Assembly (NCBI GenBank): GCA_034437895.1
Contig: DAOTTO010000358.1
Coordinates: 7,366-71,365, forward strand
Reading direction: 5' to 3'
Length of the DNA: 64,000 nt
DNA from: Anaerolineae bacterium
GTDB taxonomy: Bacteria > Chloroflexota > Anaerolineae > Aggregatilineales > Phototrophicaceae
Below, piece by piece: positions 17,114 through 26,169 of this stretch; position 1 is the first letter of the stretch; each line of letters begins with the position of its first letter. The position numbers and the translations under genes are program-made. The notes below the pieces were generated by a model. The model was not told the origin of the DNA. It saw nothing but the letters and a program-made list of their open reading frames with translations, and did not search any database.

Positions 17114-17680
17114 ATGATTGAAAAACTCAACGATCTATTTCACCGGATTGATGTTCCCCTCACCAATTGGATGGCAAAAAACGGCATTACATTGCTAAGA
17201 GTCAGCCTCGGTATCGTGTTCTTCTGGTTTGGCTTCCTAAAATTTTTCCCTGATCTGAGTCCTGCTCAAGAATTGGCGACACGCACAATAGAAACGCTGA
17301 CTTTTGGTGTTGTAAAGCCGGGAGTGTCGCTGCCCCTCTTAGCAGGCTGGGAATGCTTAATCGGATTAGGGCTGATAACGGGTAAATTTATGCGGGCTAC
17401 GCTGCTGCTGCTTTTTGCACAGATGATAGGGACGATTACGCCGTTGTTCTTATTCCCGACGGAGGCGTTTACACGGTTTCCCTATGCTCCCACGTTAGAA
17501 GGGCAGTACATCATCAAGAATATGGTGCTTATCAGCGCTGGATTGGTGATTGGGGCGACTGTGCGGGGTGGAGAAGTAATCGCTGACCCTGACATTGTAG
17601 AAGTTGTCAAAAGCCAAGAAATTGGCAAAAAGATGACTCACCATGAGCCGCTTCCGATGGAAGAAATTACCAGCCATTAA
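17114..17680 (+). CDS. Small polytopic membrane protein, DUF417 (YkgB/RclC-like) or DoxX-like
   Basis: The N-terminal segment WMAKNGITLLRVSLGIVFFWFGFLKFFP resembles DUF417/DoxX proteins, and there are four hydrophobic helices. ATG 17114 is preceded by AAAGGAGAG. Confidence 0.55.
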   Translation: MIEKLNDLFHRIDVPLTNWMAKNGITLLRVSLGIVFFWFGFLKFFPDLSPAQELATRTIETLTFGVVKPGVSLPLLAGWECLIGLGLITGKFMRATLLLLFAQMIGTITPLFLFPTEAFTRFPYAPTLEGQYIIKNMVLISAGLVIGATVRGGEVIADPDIVEVVKSQEIGKKMTHHEPLPMEEITSH

Positions 17681-17730
17681 ATTGAAATTGATAGGAAATT
17701 ATGGGGGATGACGTGTTTTGTTTGTCGTCC

Positions 17731-18303
17731 CTAAAGCGTTCCAACTAATCCTAATCTTTCAGCATTTTGCTTCATGGCATCCAGCACAATTTGAAGGTGT
17801 TCATCGAGTGGAACGCCGAGTTGTCCTACACGATGTTCAATTTCAGTTCTATCGACTGGTGCGGCGAAGGCGCGATCTTTCCACTTCTTTTTGATAGATT
17901 TTAGCTCAAGATCGAGAATGCTTTTGCTGGGGCGCACTAGTACGACTGCGATGATAAATCCTGTTAGTTCATCGACGGCGACAAGCGTTTTTTCCATTGC
18001 GGATTCAGGGACTACGCCAGTAATTTCTTCCGCATGGGCGAGAATGGCACGGATGATTTCTTCGGAAACACTGCGTTCTCGCAAAATTTTAGAACCGACC
18101 ACCGGATGCCCTTCAACAGCGACATCCGGGTATCTTTCATAGTCAAAGTCATGTAGCAGCCCCACCATGCCCCAAATCTCAGGGTCGCCATTAAAGCGTG
18201 GGGCATAAGCCCGCATCGCGGTTTCCACCGCCAGCATATGTCGCCGGAGCGATTCACTGGCGGTAAATTCTTCCATCAAGGCTAGAGCTTGCTCACGATT
18301 CAT
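17731..18303 (-). CDS. HD-domain metal-dependent phosphohydrolase
   Basis: 190 aa. It has an H...HD motif (RRHMLAVE...GLLHDFDY) and later His residues (AILAHAEE). It starts 11 nt downstream of the kinase gene on the same strand. Confidence 0.8.
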   Translation of the reverse strand: MNREQALALMEEFTASESLRRHMLAVETAMRAYAPRFNGDPEIWGMVGLLHDFDYERYPDVAVEGHPVVGSKILRERSVSEEIIRAILAHAEEITGVVPESAMEKTLVAVDELTGFIIAVVLVRPSKSILDLELKSIKKKWKDRAFAAPVDRTEIEHRVGQLGVPLDEHLQIVLDAMKQNAERLGLVGTL

Positions 18304-18314
18304 AAAAATTGGCC

Positions 18315-20105
18315 TTAGCTTCCGGGACTATAAACTAAAACGCTGATGTCAATCGGTTCGCCGATGGTGATTTGCCCCGGTGTATAGAGCTGCCATGAGC
18401 CTACCCAAGGGACATTACGCCCATTTTCAAAGCCGCCAGCCGCAGGTGTGCGTCCTTGGAAGACCAAATCGACTTCACTACCGATAGGGACGACCTCCCG
18501 AATAAAAATGCGGGGACCCGCATCGAAGTCTTCACCGCTTCCCGTAATAAAGGTCAGCGATGTATTGCGTTCCCAATCGCATGTACCTGTATTGAGTAGG
18601 GTAATTGTGCGCTCATAAGCTGTGTTGGTCGTGATGAAACCGCCCTCTTCACCGTCGGCGGGAACTTGGTCGATGATGGCATAATCAAATTCGCAAGCGG
18701 CAAATGTGGCGGTAAGCTGCGCGGCACGAGTCACGGTGCTGTTAGGCGTTGCTGTTGGGGTTATTGTGCTTCCTGTGACCACTGCTTCGGCTAAGTCTGT
18801 AGGTGTGGAAGTTTCGCTTACGGTTGCTTCGGCGAGTGTGGGGGTTGGCGAAGGAGACGGCGTTGCCGTCTGCGTTTCGGTTGGTGTCGAACTCGCTGTT
18901 GCAGTGGAAGTTAGGGTTTGTGTGGCGGTTGCCGTCGCGGTTGATATGGGCGTAGGTGTCTCGCTTGAGACAGAATCAAGGAATGAAAGTGAAGGGAAAA
19001 CGCCCCTTTGTGCGCCGACCAAATAACCGCCACCGATTACGCCAATCCCGAACAGCAGAATCAGCAGCAGAAGGGGCCAATTAGGGCCTTTGGATCGGCT
19101 GTTATTGCGCCCAACAAACGAAGGTATAGGCTGTGAGGGTGCATCTTGAGCGCTTAGGCGCATAGTTGGACGATCTGGACTTTCATTGGGTCGGCTGGGG
19201 CGTTTTTCCAGCGGAGGGAGCGAGACCACTGGCGGCGCGGACGAAATCGGTTTAACCTGCCCAGATTTGAGATCGGCCTCAAATGCTTCAATATCCTCAA
19301 TCAGTTCATTGGCATTTTGATAGCGTACTTCTGGGTTTTTCGCCATCAGACGATCAATGATGTCATCCACCTGCAAAGGTAAAGCTGGGTTAATCATGTG
19401 TGCAGAGGGGATAGCCTCGTTGACATGTTTTAGAACCAGTGCCAAGGGGGTATCTGCGTCGTAGGGCAGCTCACCCGTAAGCATTTGGTAAAAAATGATG
19501 CCGAGTGAATAAAGATCGGAACGCTCATCACCTGTCTCGCCTACACCTTGTTCGGGTGCCATATAGGCAGGCGTACCGATTAAGCCACCCGTCATCGTAA
19601 ACTGAGAGCCGGTGACAATCTTAGCGATACCGAAATCAGTCAACACGACGCGATCAGCTTCAACCTTGTCGATCATCAGATTAGCGGGTTTTACGTCACG
19701 GTGAATCATCCCGGCGCGATGAGCGTAAGAGAGCGCGTTGGCGGCCTCACGGGTAATACGTAGCACTTCAGTGAGTGCCATGCGCTCGCCCTTTTGTTCC
19801 AATTCATACAGGCGATCTTTTAGGGTTTCGCCGTTTACAAGCTCCATGACCATGTAGTAGCTTTCGTCGAGGGGGTCATAGTCGAAATCGTAAACATGCA
19901 CAATATTGGGATGCTTGAGGCGGGCGATATTTTGCGCCTCACGTTCAAAGCGTGTTTTAAATTCGGTATCTTCCGCCAAGAACTTATGTAATATTTTGAT
20001 CGCCACATAGCGGTCAAGGCTAGGATGATAGGCGCGGTAGACTTCTGCCATACCGCCTCGTCCCAGGCGCTCTATGATTTCGTATTTGCCAAGAATTCGT
20101 TTCAC
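18315..20105 (-). CDS. Transmembrane Hanks-type Ser/Thr protein kinase with an extracytoplasmic C-terminal domain
   Basis: It has the Gly loop GRGGMAEV, VAIK, catalytic HRDVKPANL, DFG and APE. A TM helix (WPLLLLILLFGIGVIGGGYLVGA) is followed by a T/P/S/A-rich linker and a ~150-aa beta-rich domain. The start is GTG. Confidence 0.9.
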   Translation of the reverse strand: MKRILGKYEIIERLGRGGMAEVYRAYHPSLDRYVAIKILHKFLAEDTEFKTRFEREAQNIARLKHPNIVHVYDFDYDPLDESYYMVMELVNGETLKDRLYELEQKGERMALTEVLRITREAANALSYAHRAGMIHRDVKPANLMIDKVEADRVVLTDFGIAKIVTGSQFTMTGGLIGTPAYMAPEQGVGETGDERSDLYSLGIIFYQMLTGELPYDADTPLALVLKHVNEAIPSAHMINPALPLQVDDIIDRLMAKNPEVRYQNANELIEDIEAFEADLKSGQVKPISSAPPVVSLPPLEKRPSRPNESPDRPTMRLSAQDAPSQPIPSFVGRNNSRSKGPNWPLLLLILLFGIGVIGGGYLVGAQRGVFPSLSFLDSVSSETPTPISTATATATQTLTSTATASSTPTETQTATPSPSPTPTLAEATVSETSTPTDLAEAVVTGSTITPTATPNSTVTRAAQLTATFAACEFDYAIIDQVPADGEEGGFITTNTAYERTITLLNTGTCDWERNTSLTFITGSGEDFDAGPRIFIREVVPIGSEVDLVFQGRTPAAGGFENGRNVPWVGSWQLYTPGQITIGEPIDISVLVYSPGS

Positions 20106-20354
20106 AAGTCGCCTAACGTTGGTAAGAAAATGAAGTCAAAAAAGTGATAACGCGGTTAGTATACTTCATCTTGGGCGTAGTCTCAATTAACAAACCATCC
20201 CAGAAATGTTACATTTTTTGAAAGACAGAGGAGTAGTTTAACACCTTGCAGCGCTTTTAAGCTAAGAGGATTGCTCAAAGTTATCTTTGTTATAGGGACA
20301 AGGTAAGGTATAAAAAATGCCTCGTCCCTGATGTTTATAACAGACTCGTTTTTA

Positions 20355-21770
20355 TCAGCCGCCTGCTGCGATTCCTTGAATACCACCTTCGGTCATTTGC
20401 CGAGCGTCAAGGGCTTTACGGGCTTCTTCATCCGTCATGTAGCCAAGTTCGACTACCACTTCACGTAGGCTGCGATTTTCTTTAAGCGACTTTTTGGCAA
20501 CTTCCGCACCCTTGTTATAACCGATGATAGGATTGAGGGCAGTGACGAGGATGGGATTTTTCTCTAGCCAATGCTCGGCTTGTTCACGATTGGCGATGAG
20601 GCCCACGACGCATTTATCGGTGAAGGCATTGACCGCGCCGATCATCACGTGCATCATCTCAAACAGATTATGCGCGATGATGGGCATCATGACGTTAAGT
20701 TCAAGCTGTCCGGCTTGTGCCGCGAGCGTGACGGTCAAATCATTGCCCATGATATGGAACATCGCCATATTCAGCATCTCTGCCAGCACGGGATTGACTT
20801 TCCCCGGCATGATCGACGATCCCGGTTGTACGGTAGGGCAGGTGAGTTCGCCTAAACCTGTCGTGGGGCCACTTGAGAGCAGGCGAATGTCGTTAGCGAT
20901 GCGGGTAAAATCCTGTGCGACGGTTTTGATGGCGCTGGAGAAAAAGACAGCATCTGAATGCGACTGCATCGACTCAAACAAATCGTCCGATTCGTAGAGC
21001 GTGATGCCTGTGAGTTCGCTTAATTTTTGTACCATACGCGTGTGATATTCAGGATGGGCGTTTAATCCTGAACCGTTAGCAGTGCCGCCGATTCCGAGAC
21101 GGCGCACACCTTCGGATGCCATTTGGAGTTTTTCAATATCGCGTTCAATTGCTTTCGCCCACGCACCGACTTCTTGCCCTAAGCGCACGGGAACGGCATC
21201 CTGTAAATGAGTGCGCCCGCTTTTGACGATCTCGTCCCATTCAACGGCCTTGACCTTAAACGCATCGGCGCAGCGCTGTAAACTGGCGATCAATTCATCG
21301 AAGCGCCAGAGCGCACCCAGCCGAATCGCTGTCGGAATGGTGTCGTTAGTGCTTTGTGCCATATTGACATGATCGTTGGGATTAACGGGCTTTTTGGAAT
21401 CATCGAGTTTAAAGCCGAGGATTTCACTGGCGCGGTTGGCAATCACCTCATTGGAATTCATGTTGTGCGAAGTGCCTGCGCCTGCTTGGAAGGGGTCAAC
21501 CACAAATTGATCGTTGAAGCGGCCTGCGATGACTTCATCAGCAGCTTGCATGATGGCATCCGCGAGTTCGGCATCCAGCAGGCCGAGGTCTTTATGCACT
21601 TCGGCAGCGGCGCGTTTGATGGTCGCCATGCTCCAGATAAAAGCAGGGTAGGGCTTCATGCCTGTGATGGGGAAATTCATCACGGCACGTTGTGTTTGGG
21701 CGGCGTAATAGGCGTTGGCAGGGACTTGCATCTCGCCGAGAGAATCTTTTTCAATACGATAGTCGGTCAT
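20355..21770 (-). CDS. aspA: Aspartate ammonia-lyase (class II fumarase/aspartase family)
   Basis: It carries the SS-loop GSSIMPGKVNP. NFPITG and AGQLELNVM look aspartase-like rather than FumC-like, judged from memory of both families. ATG 21770 is preceded by AGGAGA. Confidence 0.8.
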   Translation of the reverse strand: MTDYRIEKDSLGEMQVPANAYYAAQTQRAVMNFPITGMKPYPAFIWSMATIKRAAAEVHKDLGLLDAELADAIMQAADEVIAGRFNDQFVVDPFQAGAGTSHNMNSNEVIANRASEILGFKLDDSKKPVNPNDHVNMAQSTNDTIPTAIRLGALWRFDELIASLQRCADAFKVKAVEWDEIVKSGRTHLQDAVPVRLGQEVGAWAKAIERDIEKLQMASEGVRRLGIGGTANGSGLNAHPEYHTRMVQKLSELTGITLYESDDLFESMQSHSDAVFFSSAIKTVAQDFTRIANDIRLLSSGPTTGLGELTCPTVQPGSSIMPGKVNPVLAEMLNMAMFHIMGNDLTVTLAAQAGQLELNVMMPIIAHNLFEMMHVMIGAVNAFTDKCVVGLIANREQAEHWLEKNPILVTALNPIIGYNKGAEVAKKSLKENRSLREVVVELGYMTDEEARKALDARQMTEGGIQGIAAGG

Positions 21771-21861
21771 TATTTTGATGTCTCCTGAAAAGGGTTTTAG
21801 CATTTGATATTAAAGAAAAACAGTTGGTTGAAGTCCGATTTTACCCCTCAACATGAACACA

Positions 21862-21893
21862 AAAAAGGCGCTACTTTTCAGCAACGCCTTTTT
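21862..21893 (-). terminator. Terminator candidate downstream of sod
   Basis: AAAAAGGCG pairs with CGCCTTTTT around a 14-nt loop. The A/T-flanked arms give U-runs in both orientations. Confidence 0.5.
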
Positions 21894-21916
21894 GACTTAA
21901 CAATCGCTTTTTCTAT

Positions 21917-22528
21917 TTACTTCACGGCGGCGTAGCGATTGGCGACTTCCGGCCAATTCACCACATTCCAGAAGGCATCGACATAATCGGGGCGGCGGTT
22001 CTGATAGTTCAGATAGTAAGCATGTTCCCATACATCAAGGCCGAGGATGGGGGTATGACCGTCCATCAAAGGCGAATCTTGATTAGCAGTGGAGATCAAT
22101 TCTAACGCACCACTCGCGCTGACGACCAGCCATACCCAACCAGAGCCGAAGCGTCCGGTGGCGGCGGTTTTAAACTGCGCTTTAAAGTCATCAAAGCTGC
22201 CAAATTTGGAAGTGATGGCATCAGCGAGTTCACCGGAAGGTGCGCCGCCAGCATTGGGCGCAAGAATCGTCCAGAACAGGGAGTGGTTGGCATGACCGCC
22301 AGCGTTATTTCGTAGGACAGTTTTTGCAACTTCGGGAACGGTGCTGAAATTCTTGAGCAAGTCTTCGACAGAGTGCGCGGCAAGGTCGGGATGGCCTTCC
22401 AGCGCTTTGTTGGCGTTGGTGATATAGGCTTGATGATGTTTGCTGTGATGGATTTCCATCGTGCGAGCGTCAATGTGGGGTTCAAGCGCGTCATAAGCAT
22501 AAGGCAGAGCGGGTAATTCGTAGGCCAT
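21917..22528 (-). CDS. sodA: Fe/Mn-family superoxide dismutase
   Basis: It has the N-terminus [18 protein letters not shown], the metal-ligand context HHSKHH, and the signature DVWEHAYYL. Metal specificity (Mn versus Fe) is not decidable here. The SD is AAGGAG. Confidence 0.92.
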   Translation of the reverse strand: MAYELPALPYAYDALEPHIDARTMEIHHSKHHQAYITNANKALEGHPDLAAHSVEDLLKNFSTVPEVAKTVLRNNAGGHANHSLFWTILAPNAGGAPSGELADAITSKFGSFDDFKAQFKTAATGRFGSGWVWLVVSASGALELISTANQDSPLMDGHTPILGLDVWEHAYYLNYQNRRPDYVDAFWNVVNWPEVANRYAAVK

Positions 22529-22737
22529 GAGAGTCTCCTTTTAATTGAGGTAGGCTTACTAAAACACTTCGTAATGGTAACATAGGCTGCGTTAGAATCG
22601 AACAAAATTAGGTCAGGCAATCGTGAGAGGACGCTTAAAAAGAGCAGATCGTTTCACGGTTGTGTTGAAAATCAGTGGATATATCCATTTCTTTAGGATG
22701 TTTGTTACAATTCTACTCATTCTGCATAGGAAATTTT

Positions 22738-23691
22738 ATGACCCTCTCTACAAAAACGGCCTCTGAAAAGAAGGTTACTTCGGCTTATATTTTTCTAGCA
22801 ATTGGTATTTTAGCGGTTTCGATGGCGGCGATCTTTATCCGCCTTGCTCAGCAGGAAGGTGTTCCATCGCTGCTGATTGCCGCGGGACGGCTTGGGATTG
22901 CAACGTTGATTTTGACTCCACTCACGCTGAGGAGTGCGGATTATCGCGCACAGATTTATCAACTAAGCCGCTTAGACCGGGTGCTGGTGGTAGTCTCAGG
23001 ATTCTTTTTAGCGCTGCATTTTGCTACTTGGGTGACTTCGCTTGAATATACCAGTGTGCTGATTAGCGTCGTCTTGGTGACGACCTCTCCCATTTGGGTG
23101 GCTTTGTTAGAAGTTTTCGTGCTGCGAGCGAGGATGACCCGCCTAGTCGTGATTGGGCTGGTTGTAGCTCTGATGGGCGGCTTGCTTATTGGATCAACGG
23201 GTGCAAATGCCCAGGTTGACTCAGATAATACGCTGCTTGGCGGCGCTTTGTCACTCATCGGCGCGATCACGGTTGCCGTTTATTTAATTATTGGGCGGCG
23301 GTTGCGACCTCATTTATCACTCGCGCCGTATATCTGGATGGTGTATGGCAGTGCAGCGTTAATTTTGACGGCGGCGATACTATTCACCGGTACGCAGATT
23401 ACAGGTTATAGTACGGCGGCCTATTTATTGCTGCTGGCGGTGGCGTTATTTCCGCAGTTGATCGGGCATACGTCGTTCAATTATGCGCTGGCTTATCTTC
23501 CGGCGACGGTTGTGAGCGTAACCACACAAGCAGAACCCATTGGCAGCGCAATTATCGCAATTATTGTCTTTTCGGAAATCCCAGGCATCGGACAAATTTT
23601 AGGCAGCGCGGTGCTTTTGTTCGGGGTTTTGTTAGCGAGTTTAGGGCAAAAACAATCCCCTTCGGAAATTATTGAGACCGTTGAGGCATAA
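22738..23691 (+). CDS. EamA/DMT-family transporter
   Basis: It has about 10 hydrophobic helices in two EamA-like halves. It is a paralog of the next gene (shared LEYTSVLI...PIWVALLE motif). Confidence 0.8.
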   Translation: MTLSTKTASEKKVTSAYIFLAIGILAVSMAAIFIRLAQQEGVPSLLIAAGRLGIATLILTPLTLRSADYRAQIYQLSRLDRVLVVVSGFFLALHFATWVTSLEYTSVLISVVLVTTSPIWVALLEVFVLRARMTRLVVIGLVVALMGGLLIGSTGANAQVDSDNTLLGGALSLIGAITVAVYLIIGRRLRPHLSLAPYIWMVYGSAALILTAAILFTGTQITGYSTAAYLLLLAVALFPQLIGHTSFNYALAYLPATVVSVTTQAEPIGSAIIAIIVFSEIPGIGQILGSAVLLFGVLLASLGQKQSPSEIIETVEA

Positions 23692-23697
23692 GTCACT

Positions 23698-24669
23698 TTG
23701 GCACAAACAACTATTGATGTAATCAAACCTGTGTCTGTCAAACATTCCCATCGAGATGGCTATGTGAGTCTTGCTGTTGCTATCGGTGCTGCTGCCGTTT
23801 CATCGAATCTTATTCGGTTGGCGCAGCAGGGCGGTGTGCCCTCATTGATGGTCGCTGCACTGCGTTTGCTATTGGCAGTCATCATTTTGACCCCGTTTGT
23901 GCTGCGGCGTTATGGCGATCAGCTACGGACGGTGACACGCCGTGAGATGACCCTGATGGCGGTGGCTGGTTTTTGGCTGGCGGTGCATTTCGCCACTTTT
24001 ATTACTGCATTGGAATATACCAGTGTCTTGATTGTCAGTGTCTTGGTGATGACTAATCCGCTGTGGGTGGCGCTTTTAGAGGCGCTTTTCTTTAAAGCCA
24101 AACCCTCATCAATGGTATGGACGGGACTGCTTTATGTGATGGCGGGCGGTGGCATGATTGCGTTTGGCGGGAAAACCAGCATCGGGTTAGGGACTAATCC
24201 TGTTTTGGGAGCGCTGTTGGCGGTAGCTGGTGCGATTGCCGGATCGATTTATATGCTGGTAGGACGAGAAGTTCGCGCCCGGATTTCTCTTATGCCATAC
24301 GTGTGGATCGTATATGGGTGGGGCGCAGGTTTCTCGCTGTTGTTAGTACTCTTAACGGGGACTCCAATTAAGGGCAGTGCAGAAGGCTATTTCTGGGTCG
24401 TCATGATCGCTGTCATCGCCCAACTTATGGGACACTCCGCGATCAATAGCGCCCTTCGTTACTTCGCTGCAACCTACGTGAGTATCCTATCGCAAATTGC
24501 AGTTGTATTGAGCGCGATTGTGGCGTTTTTCTTATTTGGCGAGATTCCGCGACCCTTGCAACTCCTGGGCAGCGCGACTATTTTAGCGGGTGTTATCCTG
24601 GCTAATCTCGGTCAACGCAAATCACAATTGAATCACGACACGGGTGAGGACGAGGAGATTCAATTGTAA
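23698..24669 (+). CDS. EamA/DMT-family transporter (tandem paralog)
   Basis: It has the same architecture and motifs (LEYTSVLIVSVLVMTNPLWVALLE). It starts at TTG, 6 nt after the previous stop. Confidence 0.8.
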   Translation: MAQTTIDVIKPVSVKHSHRDGYVSLAVAIGAAAVSSNLIRLAQQGGVPSLMVAALRLLLAVIILTPFVLRRYGDQLRTVTRREMTLMAVAGFWLAVHFATFITALEYTSVLIVSVLVMTNPLWVALLEALFFKAKPSSMVWTGLLYVMAGGGMIAFGGKTSIGLGTNPVLGALLAVAGAIAGSIYMLVGREVRARISLMPYVWIVYGWGAGFSLLLVLLTGTPIKGSAEGYFWVVMIAVIAQLMGHSAINSALRYFAATYVSILSQIAVVLSAIVAFFLFGEIPRPLQLLGSATILAGVILANLGQRKSQLNHDTGEDEEIQL

Positions 24670-24906
24670 TAAATACCAAGATTTTCGCTCGCTGCATTAT
24701 GAACAAGGGATTCATGTTCTTTTGAGAAGATAATAGGGTCATCCATCATCAATGTGTGCGACCTTGACGGGAACGACCTGTATGTCGTTCCCTACAATTA
24801 CCCAATTGATTTTTTAAGCTGCATGAACCCCTTTTGTTGTAGGGAAAATATCCAGTAATGGTGAAAGTCCTAAAATTGGGTGGTGCGCCCCTATTTATAG
24901 TTTCAA

Positions 24907-26001
24907 TCAATACTGAACGTGGACGGGCGTACCGTAATCTGCCCACTCGTAAAACCATAGTGCATCGGCGTTGGTCAAATTGACACAACCGTGACTCATC
25001 GGTTGACCAAAGTTATTGTGCCAATACGTGCCGTGCAGTGAATACCCCTGATAAAAATAGAGAACCCATTCGACATTCGGCAGAGAATAACCTGGTCCAC
25101 TCATGGTTTGTGAGCGAATTTTGCTATAGACCGAAAAATCACCCACGACGGTTGGCGTGGCCGGGAGTCCGGTTGAGCCGAGTGCGCTGTAAACCAAGAC
25201 ACCATTTTCATAAGCGTAGGCACGAGAATCGCTTAAATCCACCACAATTTGCCTGCCGACGGTGATGGTTGCGCCGGGACCGCTGATGATGGGCGCGATT
25301 ACGCCTAAATCGTCTACGCTGCCATCAGCATTTATCGTTGGGATAATCAACGTTTGTCCGGCATAAAGCTGATCGGCATTGACCATACCATTAACTTGCG
25401 CCAAGATCGTCCAACTCATCCCGTAGCGCTCGGCAATTTGAGCGAGATGTTCGCCTGGTTGCACGACATAAGTCGTATTTGAACTCGGTGCGGCGACAGC
25501 CACAAAATTCGGCGCTGTTTCGACAGGCGCTGGATCGGCTACTCCTGCATTGACCGACTCCACTGTCCAGACCGTGAGTTGATCGCCGCGACGGATACGG
25601 TTAGGATTGGTGATGTTATTTGATTGGATGAGCTGATCGACGGTAATGCCGTATTGTTGAGCAATGAGGGTCAGGCTTTCGCCGGGTTGGACGATGTGAA
25701 TCGTGGGGGTGCCAGCGACCAATGGATTTTCGACCACTGCGCTGGCATCTGGGACGCTTAAACCGGGGATGGTCAAGACTTGCCCGGCATAAATTTGGCT
25801 TTGGTTGGTGATATTGTTGACTTGCGCGAGTTCATTCATATCAATGCCATAACGCAAGGCGATACGATAAAGATTTTCCCCAGCTTGCACCGTATGGGTG
25901 ACTGGCGTATCTTGAGCCAATAGACTAAATGATCCCAACATCAGTGCTGCAAAAACTATCAGCACTATCAAGCCATGTAAAAAAGAGCGATTGCGTGACA
26001 T
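24907..26001 (-). CDS. Peptidoglycan-binding L,D-transpeptidase: 3 LysM repeats plus a YkuD catalytic domain
   Basis: There are three LysM units (HTVQAGENLYRIALRYG..., HIVQPGESLTLIAQQYG..., YVVQPGEHLAQIAERYG...). The YkuD active site is HGTYWHNNFGQPMSHGCVNL. An N-terminal signal or anchor is present, and the SD is GGAGAG. Confidence 0.88.
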   Translation of the reverse strand: MSRNRSFLHGLIVLIVFAALMLGSFSLLAQDTPVTHTVQAGENLYRIALRYGIDMNELAQVNNITNQSQIYAGQVLTIPGLSVPDASAVVENPLVAGTPTIHIVQPGESLTLIAQQYGITVDQLIQSNNITNPNRIRRGDQLTVWTVESVNAGVADPAPVETAPNFVAVAAPSSNTTYVVQPGEHLAQIAERYGMSWTILAQVNGMVNADQLYAGQTLIIPTINADGSVDDLGVIAPIISGPGATITVGRQIVVDLSDSRAYAYENGVLVYSALGSTGLPATPTVVGDFSVYSKIRSQTMSGPGYSLPNVEWVLYFYQGYSLHGTYWHNNFGQPMSHGCVNLTNADALWFYEWADYGTPVHVQY

Positions 26002-26169
26002 TGTTTTATCTCTCCATTAAGATAGGATATTATGCCTATAGCATAGTCGAAATAGGAATTTTTGGCAGCAGTTTGGGTAAGAATATCCCAACTTTGCACG
26101 AAGTTGGATAATTGCCCATCGCTATGTTTATCTGTACAATCGATTTCGGCTGCATAGAGAGGTGTTTGA

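Noticed and set aside
18706-19026. A 106-aa plus-strand ORF (VGVGV/VAVAV-rich) antisense to the kinase gene.
   Set aside because: It is the mirror image of the kinase's T/P/S/A-rich linker, so it is a composition artefact.
22102-22620. A 172-aa same-strand, out-of-frame ORF overlapping sod and extending into its promoter region.
   Set aside because: The sod frame carries all diagnostic SOD motifs and a perfect SD. The alternative frame is Pro/Leu/Thr/Ser-rich junk with no motif.
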